NCBI RefSeq assembly: GCF_001194135.2
Contig: NC_068994.1
Location: 43,476,294-43,540,293, forward strand
DNA from: Octopus bimaculoides
Taxonomy: Eukaryota
Length of the DNA stretch: 64,000 nt
Direction of reading: 5' to 3'
The notes under the pieces were generated by a model. That model saw only the letters and a list, made by a program, of their open reading frames with translations, did not search any database and was not told where the DNA came from. Shown here one piece after another: positions 52,590 through 64,000 of this stretch (positions within the stretch are counted from its first letter, which is position 1; the number at the start of each line of letters is the position of its first letter). Position numbers and translations under genes: made by a program.

Positions 52590-55053
52590 TTATTTATTTA
52601 TTAATGTATGCATGTATGTATATATATATATGTATTTATATGTATATATGTATGTACGTGTAAATAGATAAATGTACATTTATGTGTGTAGATATATACA
52701 TAAATATATATATATATATATACACACACATGCACATATATATGTACATACACATATACATATATGAATATTTTATATGTGTGAGTGAGTGTGTGTGCGT
52801 TTAATATACATACACACATACATACATACAGACATATAGGGAGGGAGTATGATAAAGAAGGCAGGTGAAACCTACAATAAAACGAAGTGCAGAGATGTAG
52901 AGATGTAGAGAGAATGACGAGCATTAAAGAGAGAGTGAGAGAGATGTTCCGAAGGAGAAATGAATTACAGTAGACAAAGTTTAATACTAGGAAAGTAAGT
53001 GATGGTGGGAGGAAATTTATAGAGAGAGGAGGGGCTTGAATGGTGGTTCGATGAAACACAGTGAAACATTCCGGAAATAGGAGATTAATTAGATATTTCT
53101 TTTTGTATTTTTCATAATGCAGAGTTGGGAAATGACATTGTGGCTGGAATTTGGCCCAGAAGTTGTGGAAAATTTTCATTTAAAAGGCAAAAACGTTTGT
53201 GTATGTTTGGTTGCATGTGTGAGTGGATGTCGAAGTGTGTGTGTGTGCTAGTGTGTGTGAGTGTATGAATGAGTGTGTGTATGTGTGTGTCTGTATGTGT
53301 GGCTATTTGTATGTGTGTGTCTGTATGTGTGGCTATTTGTATGTGTGTGTGTTTTGCTACATGTAGCTATATGTGTTCACATATATTTGGAGGAATGTCA
53401 CTATATACTGGATTTCATGTGCACAGGTTGTGTTTGTATGAATATATTCATATAAACATATGCGCATATATATACTCACAAACGCACACACACATACATG
53501 TGTGTGTGTAGGTACATGTGTGTGTGTGTGTGAGTGCTTATGCATGTATGTCTGAATGAATCATTTATACCGTTATATATGTACATCTATCTATCAAACT
53601 ACATACATATATCTATATATATATATATTTGTGTGTGTGTGTATGTATGTATGTATGTATGTATATATGTATGTATATATATATACATATATATATTTGT
53701 AAATTCACACACAAAGTACAAATATGAACATATTTACGCATGGTGTCAATTGATTTTTGCCATGTGAATGTCTGTATTAAACCATGTGTAGGTAAAGGTA
53801 CTTGTTTGTATGTACATGTGTTTCCACATGTCAATGCATGAGTATATGAATCAATGCATGTGTGTGTCTGTGAAGGTGAATATGTGTGTATGAATGTATG
53901 TATGTACAGTAGATCGCGATTCCAATTCCTAGACCTGGTGGTGCACTGTGTTCTTGAGCAAAACACTTCACCTTGTGTTGTTCTGCAATCTCTTTGGCAC
54001 CTGACACATGATAAATGTTGCACCTGTTCAGACAACATTGATTTGAATGATAGAATGAGCTAAGGTGCAGTATAAACATTTGATCACTATAGACAAATCA
54101 TGTGTACAGGTCATTCAGCAAAAAGCTGAACACACATATGTTATCTTCAACGGGTGAATCCATTGCCATCTATAGCATTGAAATCGTAATTGAACCAAAT
54201 TCGATGACTGACACTCTCGGAGTGGTTGGCATTAGGAAGGGCATCCAGCTGTAGAAACTCTGCCAGATCAGATTGGAGCCTGGTGCAGCCATCTGGTTCG
54301 CCAGTCCTCAGTCAAATCATCCAACCCATGCTAGCATGGAAAGCGGACGTTAAATATATATATATATACATATACACACACATTATCCGAAATGTACAGT
54401 ATTATATATCCATCACAGATGGATATATATAGATCCATACAAATATATAAGTAAATACTAGCAGAAAGACTGCCTTCAGGCTGGTTTTCTGCTAGCCTCT
54501 TAATAATATTTTCACATTTAATTCCAATTTCTAATAAGTTTTATACCTTATGTCTAATTATTTCTTTGTATAATAGTGCTCACTTGCTTAGTAAATATTG
54601 CTTTCATTATTTTATCACAGTCATAATCTCTCTCTTTTAAACAAACATCACGGTAGTTCAACAACAGAGGGAGGAGTAGTTTGTGAAGTTTTACCTTCCC
54701 CTCAAAGCAACATAGAGATTTCAGTTCAGCAGCGCATCTGTAAGCTTTGCAGTGAGTGCATGAGAACATTGCAAACAATGAATGAAATAAACATGAAATC
54801 AAAAAATCATATAAATAAAAGGGCTTTACTACAGATGTATATACCCCAACATTGTTGCTCCATAACATCTAGAAAAATTGATACCTTTTTAAAAAATTTT
54901 CTACAAATACCACTTAATTTTGCAGCTTCAGAGTATATAGGGATTTATAGGAAAGCATTTTTGTGAGAGGTTGGAGAGAGGAGTTTCAGAAAATTTACAT
55001 GATCTGACATTTTTGCTCATAACTTTCAGGAAGGTGGGTATCCTTTAATGAAA

Positions 55054-55516
55054 ATTTATATAAATCCTGCGCGAAGCAGTATGTAAGTATAAACAGAATT
55101 AGGTAAGTTGAAACATGTCTGTCGCATATTTCAACTGCTAAAAGACAAATACACTGCAGTTACCATGGAGAAAAAATCTCTCTTATGGTAAAAAGGTAAT
55201 CCACTAGTGCAAATCAGTCAGACTGAATTATTTATAAAGCTACGGCTTTATTAAGTTCGTTCAGAGTTGCCTCTCTTAGGGACATCTCATTGACAAGAGA
55301 CAAAAAACTCAAAACATTGATGTCCGGGATTCCTAATAGATGGCGATACTGAACAAACCAGAAGTTTGCACACCTTTTTACCATAAAGAGATTTTTTTCT
55401 CCACAGTAACTGCAGTGTATTTGCCTTTTAACAGTTGAAATATGTGACAAACATATTTTCAACTTATCTAATTCTGCTTATAGTTACATACTGCTTCACA
55501 CAGGATTTATATAAAT
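55054..55516. mobile_element. Foldback/MITE-like element with about 145-bp inverted arms
   Basis: The left arm 55054-55197 (ATTTATATAAATCCTGCGCGAAGCAGTATG...ATGGTAAAAAGGT) is the reverse complement, with scattered mismatches, of the right arm 55372-55516. The spacer is about 175 nt. Confidence 0.85.
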
Positions 55517-55830
55517 CAAGCAAGGAAAGAAAGATGGTTTAATGCTTCCAGCAATACTCTTCTTCAGAAACAGAAGCAAGTCCAAAAGAAAGGAAGCCGG
55601 AAGAAGAAAATTGTCAATGATTCACATGTGGTTACATTTTGAAATATATATAATATATATAGTGAGAATTTACAAAAAAAAAACAAACAGATGTATTAGT
55701 TTAATGCTCAGGAAGTGAGAAAGTCTTTTACGTTTTGAGCCTATGCTCTTTGGCAGAAAGGAACACAGAAATAAACAGGGAGAGAAATTAGAAATAGGTA
55801 TAGTAGCTAGAGATCTATCATGGTGACTGC
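55517..55830 (-). mobile_element. Two adjacent Penelope-like pLTR fragments, each with a decayed hammerhead core
   Basis: Minus-strand motifs GTTT-CTGAAGA-A-GAG-TATTG-CTG-GAAGC-ATT-AAAC (55537-55571) and CTTT-CTGCCAA-A-GAGC-ATAG-GCTC-AAAAC-GTA-AAAG (55725-55760). Confidence 0.5.
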
Positions 55831-56379
55831 CAGACATATGTATGTATACATATTAACAGAAGTGTACAGTATTATATATCCATTATGGTTGATTTTACCA
55901 GTCAGTTTCATACCAGGGATTCCATGGAGTATTAAGTAACAGTCTGATCATGTAACCTGTGCTCATCAGAGGCAGCCATTATAGAATGAAATGCATGTGT
56001 GTGTGAAAGAGAGAGAAAGAGAGCATATGTATGTGTGTGCATGTGTGTGTATGTGCATATGCATACATATATATATTTACACATACACACTCGCATATAT
56101 ATATATATATATATGTTGGTGTATGTGTGTGTACACATGTACGAATGCATCATTATGTGAACCACTCTGCAATGTGTGTTTGCATACATAGTTAAAGTAA
56201 TGTATTTTAACACTAAGTGAAAAACATTTAACAAACAAAATATTTATAGACAAACTTTTTTGTTTTCCTAATATATAATTCTCACAACCCACTACAGCTG
56301 CAGCAACTCCAAAAATCACTTCAAAAAGCATCAGTACTACTACTACTACTACTGCTAATAATAATAATAATAATAATAC

Positions 56380-56412
<33 letters not shown>

Positions 56413-57070
56413 TTACTACTACTACTACTACTACTACTACTATTAATATCACACCCAATAATAACTAGCACCAACACTGCTACAATTACCCACACTGTCA
56501 TCACCTCTACACTCATACCAACACAATCCCACATCACTACTACCACTGCCAACGCCACCACCACCACTGCCACCACCATCACTACCAATCACACCACTAC
56601 TATCCTCACTTCCACCATCGCCACCAACACCTCCATCACTTCCACTGCTGCCACCACCACCACCACCACCATCACAATCACCACCACTACCACCACTACC
56701 ACTGCTACTGCTACCACCACTACTGCAACTGCTACCACCTCCACTGCTACCACCACCACTGCTACCACCTCCACTGCTATCACCACCACCACCACTATTA
56801 CCAACGCCATATATACCCAATGCATTGAGCCAATCAAGATACATCAACGCAGTCACACAGCCTGCTAGAAATAGCAACACAATTTCCCTCATATCACATT
56901 AAGTCATCTTAAAGGAAAAAGGACATATTGGATAAAGATGTAATTTTAGACATAGGGAACCTGGAAATATTTGTGGGAGAGTCACAGTTGATGTGCTTTT
57001 GATCAAGGACCTGTTCAGTTAGGGTTAGCCTTCAGTTGAACAACAATACCAGCAATATTATCTCTCCTTA

Positions 57071-57304
57071 AGGGCAGCGAACTGGCAGAATTGTTAGCAC
57101 GCTGAGCAAAATGCTTAGCAGTATTTCATTTGTCGTTATGTTCTGAGTTCAAATTCAGTTGAGGTTGACTTTGCTTTCATCCTTTCAGGGTCGATTAAAT
57201 AAGTACCAGTTACACACAGGGTTCGATGTAAATCAACTTAATCCCTTTGTGTGTCCTTGTTTGTCTCCTCTATGTTTAGTCCCCTGTGGGCAAATAAAGA
57301 AATA
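57071..57304 (+). mobile_element. Full-length tRNA-derived SINE, family B, with a 17-bp target-site duplication
   Basis: GGGCAGCGAACTGGCAGAATTGTTAGCA...GTTCTGAGTTCAAATTC...GAGGTTGACTTTGCTTTCATCCTTTCAGGGTCGATTAAATAAGTACCAG. Flanked by AATATTATCTCTCCTTA (57054-57070) and AATATCATCTCTCCTTA (57305-57321). Other copies lie at about 3095-3290(+), 6035-6250(-) and 27665-27860(-). Confidence 0.85.
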
Positions 57305-57388
57305 AATATCATCTCTCCTTAGTCACCATCTTGCCTTTGACCATCAACACCACTACCATTTCAATACCTACCATTCTACACCATCTTT

Positions 57389-57476
57389 ACCATCGCCACT
57401 ACCCGCCTCCACCATCGCCACTACCCGCCTCCACCATCGCCACTACCCGCCTCCACCATCACCACAACCTGCCTCC
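57389..57476. repeat. 22-bp minisatellite ACCATCGCCACTACCCGCCTCC (3 perfect copies plus a diverged one)
   Basis: Unit starts at 57389, 57411, 57433 and 57455. Confidence 0.9.
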
Positions 57477-58553
57477 ACCATCACCACCACATTCTTCCAC
57501 TACCTAACTCCACCATCACCACTATCTACTCTCACCATTACTACCACCTTCCTCCACCTTCACCACCACATTCCTCCTCCTCCACCATCAGCACCATGTT
57601 CTTCCACCATCACCAGCACCTACTCTCACCATTNNNNNNNNNNNNNNNNNNNNNNNNNNNNNNNNNNNNNNNNNNNNNNNNNNNNNNNNNNNNNNNNNNN
57701 NNNNNNNNNNNNNNNNNNNNNNNNNNNNNNNNNNNNNNNNNNNNNNNNNNNNNNNNNNNNNNNNNNNNNNNNNNNNNNNNNNNNNNNNNNNNNNNNNNNN
57801 NNNNNNNNNNNNNNNNNNNNNNNNNNNNNNNNNNNNNNNNNNNNNNNNNNNNNNNNNNNNNNNNNNNNNNNNNNNNNNNNNNNNNNNNNNNNNNNNNNNN
57901 NNNNNNNNNNNNNNNNNNNNNNNNNNNNNNNNNNNNNNNNNNNNNNNNNNNNNNNNNNNNNNNNNNNNNNNNNNNNNNNNNNNNNNNNNNNNNNNNNNNN
58001 NNNNNNNNNNNNNNNNNNNNNNNNNNNNNNNNNNNNNNNNNNNNNNNNNNNNNNNNNNNNNNNNNNNNNNNNNNNNNNNNNNNNNNNNNNNNNNNNNNNN
58101 NNNNNNNNNNNNNNNNNNNNNNNNNNNNNNNNNNNNNNNNNNNNNNNNNNNNNNNNNNNNNNNNNNNNNNNNNNNNNNNNNNNNNNNNNNNNNNNNNNNN
58201 NNNNNNNNNNNNNNNNNNNNNNNNNNNNNNNNNNNNNNNNNNNNNNNNNNNNNNNNNNNNNNNNNNNNNNNNNNNNNNNNNNNNNNNNNNNNNNNNNNNN
58301 NNNNNNNNNNNNNNNNNNNNNNNNNNNNNNNNNNNNNNNNNNNNNNNNNNNNNNNNNNNNNNNNNNNNNNNNNNNNNNNNNNNNNNNNNNNNNNNNNNNN
58401 NNNNNNNNNNNNNNNNNNNNNNNNNNNNNNNNNNNNNNNNNNNNNNNNNNNNNNNNNNNNNNNNNNNNNNNNNNNNNNNNNNNNNNNNNNNNNNNNNNNN
58501 NNNNNNNNNNNNNNNNNNNNNNNNNNNNNNNNNNNNNNNNNNNNNNNNNNNNN

Positions 58554-58604
<51 letters not shown>

Positions 58605-58824
58605 CACACACACATACACAGACACATAGATAGACACCTTTATATGCATGTTATAGATAAACATACATAATATATGTCTGTGTGAGTGTTTATAATCATA
58701 CGAATATTTGTATTTATATATGTGCACAATCATACATAATATACCAAATTTATCTTTGAAGCAGAGAGAAACGTAAAAGAAAGTAGCTGACAAGATCTGT
58801 TTTTTCTAAACAAAAACCACCAAA

Positions 58825-58868
<44 letters not shown>

Positions 58869-58878
58869 NNNNNNNNNN

Positions 58879-58914
<36 letters not shown>

Positions 58915-60040
58915 CAATCACTCATACACGCATACAATCACACACACACACACACACACAATCACACATACACACATGCATCAACACTGACACGTACACA
59001 CAATATGAACACACATGCACCCACATCTTGCCTCTGTGTTGCAGAAAGCTCCATCACTCATAAATACAACAGCTGTACAGTTTCAGCTTGCCTGAGCAAT
59101 TGTTTCAAAAACATGAACTAAAAACTTCAATACTTTGAAATCTTTTTATTATTATATCTTGGATTTATAACAAGCTCAGGGTTTTGGATGTGGTTTGGGA
59201 ATTTTGGGTTATTTAGAACAATAAGTTCTCAATGAATGAAGTGTCTTCACAAAATCATCCAACACCCTTGGGAAAGGCATGAATTCTATAAGATCATGTT
59301 TTCTAAATTTTTGTAAGTTCAATATTTTACTACATTTTAAATGTTTGCTGGGGTTTTTTTTACATCTAGGGTAGGCAGGGTGTTTTTATGAATTTTTCCA
59401 GTTTTTTTCTTTTTTAATAGAATTTTCATTGCTTTTCTTGTATATTTACATTCGTTAGAATGGATGCCTTTTGTAAATTTTGGATAAATTGCTTTCACAG
59501 ATGGGTGCCTTTCTTATTATTAGTCATTCAGCTATGAAAAGTAAACAGAATTCTTTTTCTTATTTTTATTAGATCATTTTTCCTTAACGAAGCTGAACCA
59601 AGCAAAATTATTTAATATTATTTACCATAACTAGGAGCACAGTACATTAATGAAAAAAGTTCACAAAGGAAATTCCTCTTGGTCAATCAAACCATGAGAA
59701 ATAGTTGGCAGATCCTCAAAACACACAGCCATATTGAAAGATAGACACAACTGATAGTGTAGCCTTAGATATGCAAATCCAAGAATAACGTTATGATGGT
59801 CACAACTGGAATACATGGTCTGTTTGATTATAGTTAAACTGGAGAAAACAACATCAATAGTAACATGTTAGCTATGGTGATGCTCAAATGCTTAATCATG
59901 AGTAAGCTTGGTAGTCTAGCATCCAAGCCTATACAAATAATTATTTCAACTAAATAATTTTTTAGCAGAAGCAACAAAATCATTGAGAGCTGTCTAAAAT
60001 GAAGTTAAAGCAAGTTATAGTGATGTCTAGCTCTCGACCA

Positions 60041-60255
60041 AGAAGTGGGTGCAGAAAAATTACTGGCTTTAAGGATATCGCGGAAGAATTGGTTGGCCCA
60101 ACCTTCTGAGTTCTTTTACAGGGCTTAGAAAAACTGAAGGACTCCTGCAATAAGTGTGTGAATCTGAGAGGGGAATATGTTGCATAAAATCATAATTAAC
60201 TAATCCTCCTGTATTTTCTTTTACCCAAAGCCAGGAACTTTTGAGCACCCCCTCA
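60041..60255 (+). mobile_element. Mariner-derived MITE, same family as 40320-40530
   Basis: TIR-like ends GTGGGTGCAGAAAAATTACTGGC and GCCAGGAACTTTTGAGCACCCCCTC. 60122-60187 encodes GLEKLKDSCNKCVNLRGEYVA*, resembling a mariner transposase C-terminus. Further partial ends lie at 60310-60378 and 30184-30213. Confidence 0.8.
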
Positions 60256-61600
60256 TGTGTATGTATGTATGTGTGTATATATGCATGCTTGTATGTAAGT
60301 ATGTATATACAAGCGGATGCTGGAAAGTTCCTGGCTTTAAGGGTATCAAGAAAGACCTGGCTGGAGGCCCAAACTTTCTAAGAAAATATACTGACTCTAT
60401 GTTTCTATTAATTTTTTAAATGATCAAGGATTTGGAGGCATTTAGTAAAATAACTTATTGTTTCATTATTAAGATGGTATCAAGAACATAATTAATAAAA
60501 GTTTATTATATAAAATCATGACAGAAATCTTTAATTTCTCTTTGAAGCATTGTAAAACAGATGGTTTTTGTACTAAAGTACCAGAGATGTTCTCTGATGG
60601 GTTAGTGTAATGAAGATTAAATAACAAAACTCTTGATTTTGTGTAATTTATATTTCTACGCTGTAATGTTTAATTAAGAAATCGCCCACTATTTATGATT
60701 AATTATATTGTAAAGGTTAATTTCACTTTTGAGACATAGGTAACTCTAATGTTAATTTAATGGTCTTCAAATAGATTTAAGTATGGCTGTGTGTTTCAGA
60801 AGTCCCCTTTGCAACTGTATAGCTTCTTGGTGAAGATTTCGGAGTGTATGTTCAAATCATTTCAGCACTATTAAGTGTTTTCTATATTGAACATGTCTGT
60901 TCTCACATCATCATTTGACGTCCATCATCCATGCTAGCATGGATCGGACGTTGTGACCAGAGCTGACAAGCTGGGTGGAGGGCCGCACCAGACTCCAGTC
61001 TGATTTGGCATGATTCCTATGGCTGGATGCCCTTCCTAATGCCAACCACTTTGCAGAGTGTACTGGATGCTTTTATGTGGCACTGGATGTATGTATGCAT
61101 GCATGTATGTATGTATGCATGTATGTATGTATGTATGTATGTATGTATGTACATGTGTGTGTGTGTATGTTTGTGTCTTTGTGTCTGTGTTTGTCCCCTA
61201 CCACAGCTTGACAACCAGTGTTGGTTATTTTACATTCCCATAGCCTAGCAGTTCAGCAAAATCGATTGATAGAATAAGTAACAGGCTTACAAAAAGAAAA
61301 AGTACTGGGGTTGATTCATTCAAATAAAAATCTCTTCAATGTGGTGCCCCAGCATGGCCACAGTCTAATGACAGAAACAAGTGACAGATAAAACATAGCA
61401 ACACAATTTGCTACAATAATATGGCTGTTGCAAACATGAAGTATTTATTTAAGGATTGCACCAAAATATTTTACTCCTAGCAAATCAATAAAATAGAAGT
61501 AAATGTATTTTTAAAATAGAAAATAATTCCAACTAATTTTGCTTGTGTGATCTTTTGAACTAAATAGCACCAACAAGAATTTATTACTTTGTCCATTTAA

Positions 61601-61762
61601 CCCTTTAGCATCTAGATCACTTTATCAAATGTAATGTTTATTTAATCAGTTTTGAATTAACCATGCATTATTTCATAGCTTAGCAATTTCAATGACTAAA
61701 TTAGTTATTTTTAGAATGACATTGGAGGGTAAGTGTGAGAGGCCAGTTTAAATGCTAAAAGG
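61601..61762. mobile_element. piggyBac-type (TTAA) MITE
   Basis: TTAA|CCCTTTAGCATCT ... AAATGCTAAAAGG|TTAA: TIRs beginning CCC with a TTAA duplication. Half-copies of the same family lie at about 10603-10685 and 35735-35815. Confidence 0.75.
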
Positions 61763-63935
61763 TTAAACATACTTTTATAGATTAAGCAGCAAAGGAAGGG
61801 CAGCATTCATGAATTTTTATGAAACCTCCAAATCTGGTGAGAAACAGGGAGGAAAATTTTGATAACTTTAGACTGGTTTTCTGGTCTGAAGTATCCTATC
61901 AGATAACAGGTAACCATTGGGCTGCCACACCATTTCCATCTGCTCAGTTTCACTCACAAGACTTGGGTCAACCACAAGATGTGATAGAAAAAGAACTTGC
62001 CCAAGATGCTATACATTAGAATCAAACTTGGAATTCTGTGATTGTGAACCACGCTTTTTAACTACATGACCATGCCTGGTTACAATATAAAGAAACATAA
62101 TTTTTATATATAAACATCACTGTTTATGTGTATCACCTCCTAGAGTTTGGATTCAATGGCAGTCAGTTCATTAGGTGAATATTCCCTGTTGATCTGGAAT
62201 CTTCTCCATATCATCAAGAAGAAATGATACAATGTAGAATTAAGTATTCTGCTAAAAAAACACAATGAAGCACAACCAGGAATAGACAAGTAATTCATGT
62301 ACAAGTAATCCGAATTTTAACCGTTCTACTTCTACATTTATAAACTACTGCATACAAGAGAGGAACAGATGATATACAATTTAATTTTTCTCATGTGATA
62401 GCAATAATGTTAAATTTTACTAGAGTCAGTTGTTAAGAGGCTAATAATGCAAAAGGCCAGGTGGTATGCCAACTTTTGAGAAAGCTTTGAATCATGAAGC
62501 TCTTAAGTTAATCATTAAAAAGTGCAAAAGGAAGTTATTTGGTTATGTAGAACAGCACCCTGATACTTTTAAGGAGGTGGGATACCTAGAGTAAGAAGAG
62601 AAAAAGCAGGGAGCCAAATGGAGAGAAGCAGAAATAATAGTCCAGCATTGAGAACAGTGGAGAAAAGTAATCTGTATTCTATGCTTCAAAGGAAGCAAAA
62701 GGTTTTTGCAAGTAAAAGTCTCCAGTTCTGGGGGGAAATTTGGTTGCTACTTTTAGCAGGTTAAGCCACCTTGTAGGAGCTTTCTTTATTGGATTGTAAA
62801 GTTAGCTCAATCCTGATAGAACAAACTCATGAACAATAGAATTCTGACCAGGAGTTTCCTTCATTAATGTCCAGGGTTAGCATAACATGGGGATAATATT
62901 TGCCTTTACTTTTGTAGGAGTGGTGGGGGATAGTGTGTGGGTTGAGGAAGATTTGGCTGTTATTTCTAGCAGATCAATCAAGCAAGTAGACGTTCACCAT
63001 GTAAACTGATGCAAATTTGAATAACTCTTTGAACTCATGGTCGTATGCTTAGATACACAACTAATGGGTAGATAAAATAGTCATTTTGCTTCAAAATTAA
63101 TATCATTAAAACCATTATTGATCATTATCATTAAAACAAAATAATTTTTGAAATTATTATCAAAATTATTATAAAATCTTAATAAACAAAATTATTATTG
63201 AAGTATGAGTAATGTAGATAAATTGCTATTTCCGCAAGCAAGTGAATCAGCTGTTATCTCTGAAATGTTATATTAATTCTAAGATCAAATAAGATAAGAT
63301 AATTATTAATTTGCCAAGTGACACTGGGAACATAGATATATTCATACACGCTCTCTCACGCATGTAAGTATGTGTTTGTATATATATAACATATATACAT
63401 ATATATGTATATGTGTGTGTGTATATGAATATATATATGTGTATGTATATATGTATATATATTCATGGGAATAGTGAATATGAAAATAAGAAATAGACTA
63501 ACATATATATAAAAGACAATGTACTTGGATCTGATGTAGAAGCATTCATTTTAGTCTTATTTCAATTCCTGAGTTTAGTCTCTGGTTTGCAGACGTGCTG
63601 GTACTTACTTTGAGGAATTTTGTTTTATTCTCTTTTTCGTTGATCATAATATCAAGTTCAGCACATATTTTTGTCTAGTAAATTATTCTATTGATTAAAA
63701 TTCAATGAACAGTTGCATTTTAAGTTTTGACATAAAAGAACAGAACTCGGTATACCATTTTATGTGAAATGAATTGTGTAAGTAGGAAGCCTGCTTCCCA
63801 CTGCATTCTGAGATCAGCCTCACTGCATGGCACCTTGAGCAAGTATCGTCTAGTGTAGCCCTGGGCCAACCAGTGTCTTGTGAGTGAACTTGGTGGGCAG
63901 AAACTGAAAGAAGCCTGTTATATATATATACATAC

Positions 63936-63980
<45 letters not shown>

Positions 63981-64000
63981 GAGAAAGAGAGAGAGAGAGA

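Noticed and set aside
37606-57476. Regular 14-bp and 22-bp repeats as CRISPR-like arrays
   Set aside because: They are head-to-tail repeats without unique spacers, in eukaryotic DNA with no cas genes.

Overview
This is AT-rich eukaryotic genomic DNA, dense in microsatellites, with 17 N-gaps (about 6 kb in total, largest about 920 nt). The gene and repeat content suggest a coleoid cephalopod, probably an octopus; this is an inference, not a database match. The only protein-coding gene I can support is a minus-strand protocadherin. Its large exon (ATG at 16966, donor at 14591) encodes a signal peptide, six cadherin repeats, a transmembrane helix and the juxtamembrane tail. A phase-matched 157-nt cytoplasmic exon lies at 11751-11907. 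The terminal exon and the 5' non-coding exon/promoter could not be fixed. The rest is repeat-rich non-coding DNA: several SINE families, decayed RTE, R4/Dong-like and CR1-group LINE fragments, mariner-, hAT- and piggyBac-type MITEs, a foldback element with about 145-bp arms, Penelope-like terminal-repeat fragments carrying decayed hammerhead ribozyme cores, and many simple repeats. Nearly all other ORFs in the track are microsatellite or N-gap artefacts. I found no clearly novel multi-gene system. The most interesting leads are the protocadherin's architecture (remote promoter, calcium-deficient EC3-EC4 linker, YEEI-bearing tail exon) and the hammerhead remnants.
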